A stretch of DNA of 64,000 nucleotides from an uncultured Gammaproteobacteria bacterium (GTDB lineage Bacteria; Pseudomonadota; Gammaproteobacteria; JACCXJ01), in assembly GCA_963764725.1 (NCBI GenBank), contig CAVXTM010000018.1, forward strand, positions 192,001 to 256,000, written 5' to 3'. Positions 51,887-61,522 of this stretch are shown piece after piece. The number at the start of each line of letters is the position of its first letter. Positions within the stretch are counted from its first letter, which is position 1. Position numbers and translations under genes: made by a program. The notes below the pieces were generated by a model. It was given only the letters and a program-made list of their open reading frames with translations. It had not been told where the DNA came from and ran no database searches.

Positions 51887-52183
51887 TTACTTGTTCTTCT
51901 TGCTGCTCTTAAACATTTCGAGCATACGTTCGGTCACCACATAACCGCCAACCACATTACCGGCGGCTAGGGTTACACCAATAAACCCGATCGCCAACTC
52001 GAGCGTGCTGCTGGGATCCGCTTTACCCAAGGCGACCATGGCGCCGACCAGCACGATTCCGTGCACGAAGTTCGAGCCGGACATGAGCGGGGTATGCAAA
52101 ATCACCGGGACACGGCTGATGACCTCGTAACCCGTAAAGGCCGCCAGCATGAAGATGTAAAGTGCCACGAAGCCCTCGATCAT
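51887..52183 (-). CDS. pntA: NAD(P) transhydrogenase alpha 2
   Basis: LHTPLMSGSN and NVVGGYVVTERML motifs. Confidence 0.95.
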   Translation of the reverse strand: MIEGFVALYIFMLAAFTGYEVISRVPVILHTPLMSGSNFVHGIVLVGAMVALGKADPSSTLELAIGFIGVTLAAGNVVGGYVVTERMLEMFKSSKKNK

Positions 52184-52185
52184 TG

Positions 52186-53313
52186 TTATTCTCCTTCGAC
52201 TAAAGCGCGAGTTGGACCGTGTTTGATGTCCCCATCGCGTGTTAAGGTGCTGTCGCGCAAGACTTCGTCATCCCAATCGGGCTCAAGCTTGCCGTCTTTG
52301 ACCATCAGCGCCACCAGATGGAACATGTTCTTAGCGTACAGTTCGCTCGCATGCGCCGGAAGCGTGCTCGGCATATTGACCGGCCCGCAGATCTCCACAT
52401 CGTGAAATTTTACGCCCTTGTCCGGTTTTGTCAGTTCACAGTTTCCGCCGCTTTCCGCGGCCAAATCGATGATCACGGACCCGGGTTTCATGGCTTCCAC
52501 CATGGCTCGTGTAATGATTTTTGGGGCCGGACGGCCGGGAATCGCGGCGGTCGTAATAACCACGTCGGCTTGCCCCACGTGCTTAGCAATCAGCTCCTGC
52601 TGCCGTCGCTTTTCCTCTTCGGTAAGCTCCCGGGCATAGCCACCGGCGGCGTCAGCTTGAATGTCCATTTGGACGAATTTGGCTCCCAGAGACTGCACCT
52701 GCTCCTTGGTGGCCGGCCGTACATCGTAAGCCTCCACGATCGCGCCTAAGCGCCGAGCCGTCGCGATCGCCTGCAGGCCGGCGACGCCCACGCCGATGAT
52801 GAGAAATCTTGCCGGACGGATGGTCCCGGTCGGCGTGGTGAGCATCGGCATGAACTTGCTGAGCCGGTAAGCGGCCATGAGCGTCGCTTTATACCCTGCC
52901 ACCGACGCCTGCGAGGACAGCGCATCCATCGACTGGGCCCTGGAAATTCTGGGAATAAGCTCCATGGCCAAGCTTGTGATCTTACGATTCCGAAACACCT
53001 TCACGAGCTCCGCGCTCTTATGGGGCGCCATGAATCCCACGACCATACCCCCTTCTCGAAGCCGGTGCGCCTCTTCGATCGTGGGAGGCTGGACTCTAAG
53101 CACGACATCCGCCTCGCGGTAAAGCCGCTCGGCGTCCTGGACTACCGTGGCGCCGGCCGCCGTATACGACTGATCTGGCTGATACGCGGCCGCGCCTGCC
53201 CCTTCTTCGATAAGGACCTCGACCCCAAGCTTTCCAAAGCGCGCGACGACCTCGGGAACGATCGCGACACGCTGTTCTCCGGCCGCGCATTCTTTGGGTA
53301 CGGCGATCTTCAT
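52186..53313 (-). CDS. pntA: NAD(P) transhydrogenase alpha 1
   Basis: PRISRAQSMDALSS, GVGVAGLQA, GGYA and DLAAESGGNC motifs. Confidence 0.96.
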   Translation of the reverse strand: MKIAVPKECAAGEQRVAIVPEVVARFGKLGVEVLIEEGAGAAAYQPDQSYTAAGATVVQDAERLYREADVVLRVQPPTIEEAHRLREGGMVVGFMAPHKSAELVKVFRNRKITSLAMELIPRISRAQSMDALSSQASVAGYKATLMAAYRLSKFMPMLTTPTGTIRPARFLIIGVGVAGLQAIATARRLGAIVEAYDVRPATKEQVQSLGAKFVQMDIQADAAGGYARELTEEEKRRQQELIAKHVGQADVVITTAAIPGRPAPKIITRAMVEAMKPGSVIIDLAAESGGNCELTKPDKGVKFHDVEICGPVNMPSTLPAHASELYAKNMFHLVALMVKDGKLEPDWDDEVLRDSTLTRDGDIKHGPTRALVEGE

Positions 53314-53577
53314 AAGTCTTCCCCTATTGTTCTTCTGTGAGGATGCGTTTTATTGTCATTCAAACGCGCCCCGGCGGCCTCGTTTCCGGACCTCGGATGC
53401 GGTTCGAAACTTCTCTCCTTCTAATTTAACGAAAATACTGTAGACTTAGCAATTGTTGGCGAAACGCCAACCTGCCTATTGAGAAATGAAGGACGATTGC
53501 CTATCCTTTAGTTGCTCCACCTTAACCCAGGTGGTGGCCTATCAATAAAAAACCGAAATTGTGAGGAGGCATTTATT

Positions 53578-53733
53578 ATGACTAGCATTCTCAAGCTTCT
53601 GGCCTTTGCGTTGCTTTCATTGAACTTAGGGGCTTGCGGGTATGACCCGCCCGCATCGTCTAACACCCAGGGTTCGACGAACGCGCCTATGAGTGAAGAG
53701 GACCAAGCAAAGCAACCATCCGTCAATCAGTAA
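53578..53733 (+). CDS. Small lipoprotein (51 aa)
   Basis: GAGGAGG RBS; lipobox LGAC after a hydrophobic signal. Confidence 0.65.
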   Translation: MTSILKLLAFALLSLNLGACGYDPPASSNTQGSTNAPMSEEDQAKQPSVNQ

Positions 53734-53830
53734 GACATCGCGCTGAACACGTTGGGGGACTCTAGCCTTAGAGTCCCCCGGCGCTTTCCAGCACTTTCTG
53801 CCAGGAGATCTTTCGCTAGAGCTTAGCGAT

Positions 53831-54619
53831 TCAATTGATGGGTCCCTTGGTTTTTTTCCCGGCGCCCGCCGGGCGGTTAAAACAGAAAACCCCAAGAAGA
53901 GCCCCGGCGAATCCGGCCGTGAGCACCATACCGACCGAGCCCGCGCCCCAGCCGATCGGGTAGGTGTCCACGTTGATGGTGGCCGTCAAGCCGGGAATGC
54001 TCGGCAGGTCCATATCTCCCGCGCCCGCTTTGAGTTGCGCCTTCAAGCCCTTTTCGGTGTGTTGTGACATATCGCAATGCACGAAATACGTCTTGTCGCC
54101 GCTAGGCACGATAAACGTCCCGCTTTTCTCACCCGGCCCCGTGACTTCGAGGTGAAACATCCCTTGGGGATGGATATATTTCGGTAGCCCGTGCAGCATC
54201 CATTGATGGCGGATATCGTCATCGTTGACGAAGGTTACGGTCACCCGGCTACAGGGACGCACGTTCCATTGTTGCTGGTCATAGGCAAACATCAGCCCCG
54301 GGAAGCGGCGTGCATACTTTCTGCCCGCATGCACGGTAAACTTCACGTCCTCGGTGATTTGCGGGCAGTCTTGCGGTAATCGATCCTTATTTTCGCCCAT
54401 CACCGCCCCTTGCATATCCATGGACATGCCGGGGTGGTGATGATGTGCGTGTGCATCGGTACCCGCAGCGGGGGTGAGCGCGGGTTGCCGATAGTCAGAG
54501 GTAGCGGTGACTTTTTGCACGCGGGGTGCCTCGGTGTTCCCGCTCGTGCTCGCCCGCCATACCACCACGGCCACGACGGCCAACCCACCCAGGGCAAGTA
54601 GCACTACGCGCCGATGCAC
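53831..54619 (-). CDS. Membrane-anchored cupredoxin with a His/Met-rich segment
   Basis: HAHHHHPGMSMDM; type-1 ligands H(QWM)...C-x4-H-x4-L; TM helix at each end. Confidence 0.8.
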   Translation of the reverse strand: MHRRVVLLALGGLAVVAVVVWRASTSGNTEAPRVQKVTATSDYRQPALTPAAGTDAHAHHHHPGMSMDMQGAVMGENKDRLPQDCPQITEDVKFTVHAGRKYARRFPGLMFAYDQQQWNVRPCSRVTVTFVNDDDIRHQWMLHGLPKYIHPQGMFHLEVTGPGEKSGTFIVPSGDKTYFVHCDMSQHTEKGLKAQLKAGAGDMDLPSIPGLTATINVDTYPIGWGAGSVGMVLTAGFAGALLGVFCFNRPAGAGKKTKGPIN

Positions 54620-56302
54620 CTACGCCGTCCCTCCGCGTTTTAAGCGCAGCCGCACGAACACGATGACACCCGCGAGAAGCAGCCCCGCCGCGACGGCGAG
54701 TAATAGCGGACCTCCCAGAGCCGGATCGGTAGGCGCCGGATCGCCGAGGACGCCTTCTTTATCGATCGTGCCCCACACCGGGACCTTGCGCTGGTAAAAC
54801 TCTTGGGTGAAGAACGGCGCCAACTCCATGCCGTGCATCACGGGCAAGCCCCCCTTACCCAGGAAGGACCGGTAGGCAATCAAGGTGATGTTCCCACCGG
54901 GGAACTGCCCATGGTTGGTGATGGCCTTCTCGGCGTGGTCATGCATCATCCACACGCCCGGCCCGTAGCTATGCAGCCCATCATCGACGGTGCTCAGCTC
55001 CAAGTCATAGCGTTGCGCCGGGCTTAAATCAAAGACATCGCGCGTGATCCATGCTTGCCGATTGTGCAACACCCCGTCGTAATGGGTGATCGTCGGTTTA
55101 TGGCCGTGGGTGTGAATCGCGATCCCACGATCATCACCGCCGTTGGCCATGCGGATCTTCACCTTTTCGTTCGCATCCACGACGATGAGGGATTCGCGCA
55201 AGGTGTAGGGAAACGAGCGCCCATTGAGGAGGAAATACTCGGGCGTCGCCTGGGTGACATCGTACTCGCGCGTTGTCAAGACGCCGATAAGCCGCGGGTC
55301 GTTCGCGGTTTTGATGAGGTCGTGCATTTCCTTGTCAACCTCCTGATAGATGAGATCATACTCGCGCGCGTAAGACTCCTTGACGGCCACCGAGGGATGG
55401 CGCACATGCCCCGCCCCGATGTTCAAGGTTTGCAGCCAGTTGTTGGGGCGGTTCTCCTCGACCACAAAAATCCCCATCAAGCCCATGCCGACATGGATGG
55501 GCGCCTGTTCGTGGCAATGATAAAGCTGCGTGCCGGGTTGCCTTGGCGTGATCTCATAGGTAAAGCTCTCTCCCGGCATCACCGGGATGTGGCTGGTCTC
55601 GGAGACGCCGTCGTTGCCGCGTTGCTCCCCATGCAGGGGATGGTCGAGGTAGTAGGGGTGGTCAACCCCGTGGAGATGAATGGTATGCGGTAGGTAATGA
55701 GTATTCTCGAGCGTGATCCTCACCCGATCGCCCACTTCGACCCGGATGGTGGGCGAAGGCACCCGCAATATCTCATTAGCTTCGTAGCTTTCGAAATTCT
55801 TGGTCGCCATGCCGTGGGCTTTCGGCACAAAAACCCAAAATCCCGGCTGGATCCCGGGCGCGATCGAATAGGCGGGCACGGGGAAGGCGACATCGGGCGA
55901 TCGGCCATTGAGCTCGGCGACCTCGAGACGAATATGCACATCGTCCGGATCACCGTCGCCGTCGCGGTCGTTTTCCAACACCACGGTGTCCGGGGAGAGC
56001 CCCGACTTCATCAGCGTATCCATGGAAACGTTGTTCGTGCCCTTGACGAAGGCCGCGACCGCGTCAGGATTGTCGGGCGTGCAAAGCGGAGACTCTTCAA
56101 TCGTCGTGCCCTCGATCACCTTCGCCTCCCGCCATTCCGGGCGCTCGTCGGGACAAGGCAGCTCACCGGTACTCGGCGCGGCCGTCGTACTCGTGGGCCC
56201 ATACTGGTAAGAGGTCGGGAGAAAGCCGGGAACGAACCAAACCATCACCCCGGCCAGGATGACCACAACCACAAAAACCATTAACCAACGGTTCCGGTTC
56301 AT
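54620..56302 (-). CDS. Membrane-anchored two-domain multicopper oxidase
   Basis: Domain 1 HTIHLH and YHCH..H; domain 2 IHTHGH and MHDH. Confidence 0.85.
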   Translation of the reverse strand: MNRNRWLMVFVVVVILAGVMVWFVPGFLPTSYQYGPTSTTAAPSTGELPCPDERPEWREAKVIEGTTIEESPLCTPDNPDAVAAFVKGTNNVSMDTLMKSGLSPDTVVLENDRDGDGDPDDVHIRLEVAELNGRSPDVAFPVPAYSIAPGIQPGFWVFVPKAHGMATKNFESYEANEILRVPSPTIRVEVGDRVRITLENTHYLPHTIHLHGVDHPYYLDHPLHGEQRGNDGVSETSHIPVMPGESFTYEITPRQPGTQLYHCHEQAPIHVGMGLMGIFVVEENRPNNWLQTLNIGAGHVRHPSVAVKESYAREYDLIYQEVDKEMHDLIKTANDPRLIGVLTTREYDVTQATPEYFLLNGRSFPYTLRESLIVVDANEKVKIRMANGGDDRGIAIHTHGHKPTITHYDGVLHNRQAWITRDVFDLSPAQRYDLELSTVDDGLHSYGPGVWMMHDHAEKAITNHGQFPGGNITLIAYRSFLGKGGLPVMHGMELAPFFTQEFYQRKVPVWGTIDKEGVLGDPAPTDPALGGPLLLAVAAGLLLAGVIVFVRLRLKRGGTA

Positions 56303-56502
56303 AGGGCGATATTCCGGCTTAGAATCCTAACTGACACTTACGTTCAACAATATCGCTCCGTTGGTGCGTTCCTAATCGAAAACAACGCACTAAGCCAGTG
56401 GAGCAACATGGCCATACTGCGGGTAACACGAGGACGGAACCGGGCACGGCGGCGCGCAACCTCCTTGCCCGTTCCGGATTTTAAGAGGGGTTGCGCTTGA
56501 GG

Positions 56503-56616
56503 TTAATCTTTCATCACGTAACGATAAAAGTAATAAGCGCCTACGACAAGGGCCACGAATACAACGATTCCGACCGGACTCTTCAGCATCTCAACTGCGT
56601 CAAGAATTCCACCCAT
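56503..56616 (-). CDS. 37-aa single-TM microprotein (below the ORF-track cutoff)
   Basis: MGGILDAVEMLKSPVGIVVFVALVVGAYYFYRYVMKD; AGAGG RBS; upstream promoter. Confidence 0.7.
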   Translation of the reverse strand: MGGILDAVEMLKSPVGIVVFVALVVGAYYFYRYVMKD

Positions 56617-56687
56617 GGTGTTGAACCTCTTTTAATTCCTATCTGTACTTTTAAGTGATGCCGCAGAACCTGCTGCGTACCCTGCCC

Positions 56688-56715
56688 ATCTTACTTGGCC
56701 GTGATTCGATGTCAA
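56688..56715 (-). promoter_or_regulatory. Sigma70-type promoter for the microprotein/MCO genes
   Basis: TTGACA-N16-TAAGAT. Confidence 0.55.
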
Positions 56716-56776
56716 GAATCTTGCTTCCTCGCGGGCGGACTTGTTCGCGATCAGAAGGTCCGAGCAGCGCGCCCGC

Positions 56777-57157
56777 TCAGGCGGCTTGCATCGGTATCGA
56801 ATGACCGATGCGCGTTATCTTGTTACGGTCGTCCAGATAGATGAGCGTCGGTTGGTGGACGGCCGCCTCTTCACGCTGCAATCCGGCATAGGCACAGATA
56901 ATCACCCGATCGCCAGGGCTCGCCTTATGCGCTGCCGCACCGTTGATGGAGATCACCCGCGAACCCGGTTCTGCCCGGATCGCGTAGGTCGTGAAGCGCT
57001 CGCCGTTCGCGATATTGTAGATATGGATCTGCTCGTACTCGCGGATCCCGGCGGCGTCAAGCAAACGCGCGTCAATCGCACAGGATCCCTCATAATCAAG
57101 TTTCGAATGCGTAACACGAGCACGGTGGAGTTTCGCTTTGAGCAAGGTGATATACAT
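56777..57157 (-). CDS. panD: Aspartate 1-decarboxylase
   Basis: [24 protein letters not shown] and NGAAAH motifs. Confidence 0.96.
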   Translation of the reverse strand: MYITLLKAKLHRARVTHSKLDYEGSCAIDARLLDAAGIREYEQIHIYNIANGERFTTYAIRAEPGSRVISINGAAAHKASPGDRVIICAYAGLQREEAAVHQPTLIYLDDRNKITRIGHSIPMQAA

Positions 57158-57206
57158 TGCGTCCCGAGCCAGTGAGAGTTTGACCGCGATTATGGCGTAA
57201 AGGTCG

Positions 57207-58070
57207 CTATCGTTCAACAAACTTGCGCGCTGCAAGGTTGTCAATGAGGCGCGTCTTACCGAGCCAGGCGGCCGCTAAGATCCTGAGATCGCAATCTTCT
57301 GGAGCGGGTTCCATGAGATCGCTGGCGCGCCTGACGGCAAAGTAATCAGCATTGAATCCGGCTTCCTCCAGGCGCGCGCGACCACGCCGTTGGACGGACT
57401 GAAAACTCGGCGCCGCACTCGTCAGCGCGTCACGGGCCTCGCAAAGCGCCTCGTACAAACGCCAGGCGATCGCTCTTTCTGCATCCGTGAGATACCCATT
57501 CCGTGAGCTCAGCGCGAGACCGTTGGGCGCGCGCGCGGTCTCCACGGCGTGAATCTCTACCTCGATACATAAATCCGCGACCATGCGTTTGATCACCAGC
57601 AACTGTTGGTAATCCTTTTCGCCGAAGACGGCGAGATCGGGCCGCACCAGATTCAGCAGCTTCGTAACGACGGTCGCGACCCCGGTAAAATGCCCGGGCC
57701 TAGACGCCCCGCACAACATAGTATCCAATCCGGGCACGCGGACCTCGGTGTGCCGATCGAGGCCGTTGGGATACAGTGCGGCCACCCCGGGAACAAACAG
57801 AACATCGGCCCCCGCTGCGTCGAGAAGCGCGCGATCCTGTTCAAAGGTACACGGATAACGATCGAGGTCCTCGCCGGCCACGAACTGCATGGGATTGACA
57901 AACACGGTGGCAACCGTTCGGCTCGCAAGGCGCTGGGCCTGTTCGACCAGGGCCAAATGCCCGCGGTGCAGGTTCCCCATCGTGGGCACGAGCGCAATCC
58001 GCTGACGCTGATCGCGCCAAGCTTTGATGATCTCCTTAAGCTCTGCGATCCGAGCGACGCTAAGGATCAC
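57207..58070 (-). CDS. panC: Pantoate-beta-alanine ligase
   Basis: [28 protein letters not shown] and RLIDN motifs. Confidence 0.96.
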   Translation of the reverse strand: MILSVARIAELKEIIKAWRDQRQRIALVPTMGNLHRGHLALVEQAQRLASRTVATVFVNPMQFVAGEDLDRYPCTFEQDRALLDAAGADVLFVPGVAALYPNGLDRHTEVRVPGLDTMLCGASRPGHFTGVATVVTKLLNLVRPDLAVFGEKDYQQLLVIKRMVADLCIEVEIHAVETARAPNGLALSSRNGYLTDAERAIAWRLYEALCEARDALTSAAPSFQSVQRRGRARLEEAGFNADYFAVRRASDLMEPAPEDCDLRILAAAWLGKTRLIDNLAARKFVER

Positions 58071-58870
58071 TCGAAACCGTGCTCTGCGCCGGGAAACTCG
58101 CCGCGCTTAACCGCCCCGGCGTAATCGCGAAATGCCTCCTCGATCCCAGCGCGCCCGGCAAGAAAGTTCTTCGCGAATCGCGGCAGCCGCTCGCTGATTC
58201 CGAGCATATCGTAGACAACCAGCACCTGTCCGTCACAGCCGGGACCGGCGCCGATGCCGATCACCGGAATCGTCGCCGCGGCGCTGATTTCGGCGGCAAG
58301 CGGGCTGGGCACGCACTCGAGCACCAGCATCGCCACCCCGGCGCTCTCGAGCGCCTGTGCGTCTCGTTTAATCATTTCGGCGTCCTCGGGATCACGGCCC
58401 TGAACGCGATACGCGCCCAGCTTATTAATCGATTGCGGCAGCAATCCCAGGTGCCCGCACACCGGGATACCCCTAGCGCCAAGCAACTCGACGGTGGCCG
58501 CTAACCAGGCGCCGCCTTCTAGCTTTACCACCTGCACACCCGACTCCCCGAGGAAGCGGCCCGCGTTTCCAAGCGCTTGGTATGGTGTGGCATAACTCAT
58601 GAACGGCATATCGACCACCACGAGCGGCCGTTTCGCCCCTCGGCGCACGAGTTGCGCATGATAGATCATGTCGTTCAAGCGCACGCCAAGCGTGCTGTCG
58701 TGGCCTTGCACCACCATCGCAAGCGAATCGCCCACCAGCAGGATATCGACGCCAGCTGCGTCGGCGAGCCTGGCGAAGCCCGCATCGTAGGCGGTGAGGC
58801 AAGCGATTTTCTCGCCGCGCCGCTTCATCTCGATCAGATCCGAAGTGGAAATTGAAGTGATTGCGCCCAT
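58067..58870 (-). CDS. panB: Ketopantoate hydroxymethyltransferase
   Basis: LTAYD, LVGDSL, DMPF, KLEGG and GIGAG..DGQVLV motifs. Confidence 0.96.
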   Translation of the reverse strand: MGAITSISTSDLIEMKRRGEKIACLTAYDAGFARLADAAGVDILLVGDSLAMVVQGHDSTLGVRLNDMIYHAQLVRRGAKRPLVVVDMPFMSYATPYQALGNAGRFLGESGVQVVKLEGGAWLAATVELLGARGIPVCGHLGLLPQSINKLGAYRVQGRDPEDAEMIKRDAQALESAGVAMLVLECVPSPLAAEISAAATIPVIGIGAGPGCDGQVLVVYDMLGISERLPRFAKNFLAGRAGIEEAFRDYAGAVKRGEFPGAEHGFE

Positions 58871-58884
58871 CCAATCATCTGCCG

Positions 58885-59382
58885 CTAAGGCATGCTTGGC
58901 GCGCGGCCGGACAATCGTTCGATACCCCTCCCGTCACAATGCCTTAGGAGCTCGGCGAGCGGTCCGAGCCCCGGAACCTCAAGGTCCGGGGCAATTTCAT
59001 ACAGCGGGTACAGCACGAAAGCCCGCTCGCTCAGTCCCGGATGCGGGACCGTCAAGTCGGGCCCGGTGATACGTTCGGCGCCGTAAAGAAGTATGTCAAT
59101 GTCCAAGGTCCTGGGTCCCCAGCGAACGCCACGCGCGCGGCCGTGCCGGGCCTCGACCGCTTGCAACGATGCCAATAGATCGTAGGCTGTCTGCGCCGTC
59201 TCGATGGCCGCGACCGCGTTGATGTAATCGGGTTGATCCGGCGGCCCCATGGGCGCACTGCGATAGAAGGAGGATTGAGCGACTATGCGAGTCTCGGGTA
59301 GCCTCGCGATGGCCAAGATGCCCTGCGTTACTTGCGCACCGGGATCGGCAAGATTACTGCCCAGACCGACATAAGCGATCAC
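58885..59382 (-). CDS. folK: HPPK (folate synthesis)
   Basis: GLGSNL, WGPRTLDIDILLY and PHP...RAFVL motifs; start uncertain. Confidence 0.94.
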   Translation of the reverse strand: MIAYVGLGSNLADPGAQVTQGILAIARLPETRIVAQSSFYRSAPMGPPDQPDYINAVAAIETAQTAYDLLASLQAVEARHGRARGVRWGPRTLDIDILLYGAERITGPDLTVPHPGLSERAFVLYPLYEIAPDLEVPGLGPLAELLRHCDGRGIERLSGRAPSMP

Positions 59383-59419
59383 GAAGCTTGCGGCGCGCGG
59401 GCCGTTGCGCCTGGCATCG

Positions 59420-60715
59420 CTAACGCTGGCGACGACGCCTCTTCGCCGGGGCGGTCTTGCCTGCCGCCGAAATAAGCTCGCCCCGGCGGACTTCCTTGGC
59501 GCTTTGGAATTCAGTCCACCACTCGGCCAATTCGGTGACCTCCTCGCCCGCCTCCGCGCGCAGCACCAAGAAATCATAGGCCGCCCGAAAGCGCGGGTGG
59601 CTCAGCAACCGAAACGGTGTTCCACCCACCCGCCGGGTAAGACGCGGTTGTAGCGCCCAGATTTCGCGCGTCATCTGCGTGTAGCGGCGCGGCATGGCAA
59701 TGCGGGAGACCTGCTGGGATATCACCGTGTCCGATGCAAGCTGATCGGCCTCAGCGGGCGATAATTCGCGGGCTCGGTGCTCATCGGCGAGCCTCCGCAT
59801 GGGATCCCAGAGCAAAGCGGCAATTAGAAAAGCCGGGGTGACGGGTTTTCCCTCCGCAATGCGGCGATCGGTATTTTGCAGGGCACGGGCCAGAAACATA
59901 TGCGGAAATCCGCCTTCCTCTTCGCTTAAGCAGGCTTCTACTTGGGGGAACAACTCACGGAACAGGCCATAGTGACGAAGTTGCTCGAATGTTTGGACGG
60001 CGCATCCTCCGAGAAAGAGCTTCAAGATCTCCTCGAACAAGCGTGCCGGTGGGATCTCCGAGAGCAGCGGCGCTAGCTCGAAGATCGGTGTTGCAGTCTG
60101 AGGATGGATATTGAATCCCAACTTGACCGCAAACCGCACGGCCCGCAACATTCTTACTGGATCCTCGCGGAAACGCTGCTGCGTGTTGCCGACGACCCGG
60201 ATCTGTCCCGCTTTGATGTCGTCCATCCCGCCCACGTAGTCAACGACCGAGAAATCCTCGATGTTGTAGTACAGGGCATTCACCGTGAAATCACGCCGCC
60301 AGGCATCGTTATCAATATTGCCGTAGACGTTGTCGCGCAGGATCCGTCCGTCCTCGGTAACGACACGGCCATCTTCTTCCGCCGCGTCGGCGCCCCGAAA
60401 GGTCGCAACTTCAATGATGTCCCTGCCGAAATGCACATGCGCCAAGCGAAAACGGCGGCCGATCAAGCGGCAATTACGAAATAGCTCCCGCACCTGTTCC
60501 GGAAGCGCGTCGGTTGCTACATCGAAATCCTTCGGCTCGCGGCCGAGGAGTAAATCGCGCACACTGCCGCCCACGAGGAAGGCTTGAAAGCCGGCATTAT
60601 TCAAGCGGTAAAGAACCTTGAGCGCGCGCTCATCGATATTGGTCCGCGAGATGATATGCCCAGATCGCGGTATGATCCGCGGGGTTATCGGGATCTTGGC
60701 GACCTTGGTTTGCAT
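59420..60715 (-). CDS. pcnB: Poly(A) polymerase I
   Basis: VGGSVRD..PKDFDVAT, IGRRFRLAHV, RRDFT and EDPVRMLRA motifs. Confidence 0.96.
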   Translation of the reverse strand: MQTKVAKIPITPRIIPRSGHIISRTNIDERALKVLYRLNNAGFQAFLVGGSVRDLLLGREPKDFDVATDALPEQVRELFRNCRLIGRRFRLAHVHFGRDIIEVATFRGADAAEEDGRVVTEDGRILRDNVYGNIDNDAWRRDFTVNALYYNIEDFSVVDYVGGMDDIKAGQIRVVGNTQQRFREDPVRMLRAVRFAVKLGFNIHPQTATPIFELAPLLSEIPPARLFEEILKLFLGGCAVQTFEQLRHYGLFRELFPQVEACLSEEEGGFPHMFLARALQNTDRRIAEGKPVTPAFLIAALLWDPMRRLADEHRARELSPAEADQLASDTVISQQVSRIAMPRRYTQMTREIWALQPRLTRRVGGTPFRLLSHPRFRAAYDFLVLRAEAGEEVTELAEWWTEFQSAKEVRRGELISAAGKTAPAKRRRRQR

Positions 60716-60834
60716 CGCTACGTCAAGCACGGGATTGTCACCTCGGTTGGGATGGCCATTGTTTCAAAGGCATAGACGATGCGTATAATACACCGCGCGC
60801 GGCGCCGATGCTGTAACTGCCCTTCTCCCAGCCT

Positions 60835-60910
60835 GCTCCCTTCGTCTAGCGGCCTAGGACGTCGCCCTCTCACGGCGAAAACAGGGGTTCGATTCCCCTA
60901 GGGAGCGCCA
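60835..60910 (+). tRNA. tRNA-Glu (anticodon CTC)
   Basis: 76 nt; acceptor GCTCCCT/GGGAGC, anticodon arm TCGCC-CTCTCAC-GGCGA, GGTTCGATTCC, CCA end. Confidence 0.95.
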
Positions 60911-61522
60911 AAGTGTTGATCCGCTTGCGAGATGGCTCCACTCCATGACACTTTTCATGATCAAGACTGGCGCAATCAAAGAAAACCGTCGCGTAATTAT
61001 TAGCTTATACACTGGCATTTCTATTGCTTAAAGCAACACGGGGGCGGGGTGCAACCACGGAAGGGGCCGGGCGTCAGGAAGACTCCCGCTCTCCCTTCCC
61101 CCCTCCCTGCACTTCGCCCCCACCTGCGCGTTGCGTGAGCGCTGTCTTGAACCAACGCGGCGATCCACTCGACACCGTATCACTGAACTCCAAGCTGGCC
61201 CTTACCTTTTCCGGACGTAACAACGCGACCCTTGTTCGGATCATGGACTTGAGCGGCGAAGCTCGAGCGCGTGGTCTCTATTGATCCCGCACGGCGGTAC
61301 GTGTTAAAAAACAGCATTACACATCCATTAATGCGCCCGGCCCAGGGTTGCGATAGGGGAAGACAATCGTCGGGCAGGGGAAAAAATGACGCCGTGCCAT
61401 TACCGAGCCACGCGCGCAAACAGCAAGAAAGAACGATAACCACGGCTCTTGAGACCGATCATTCTACGCAGCCGAACCTGCCGGACATCCGGTGTTAACC
61501 GCGATCGGGGAGAATCGAATTG

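Noticed and set aside
60911-61500. Genomic island integrated at tRNA-Glu
   Set aside because: No integrase and no duplicated tRNA 3' end in the window; the short ORFs lack coding features.
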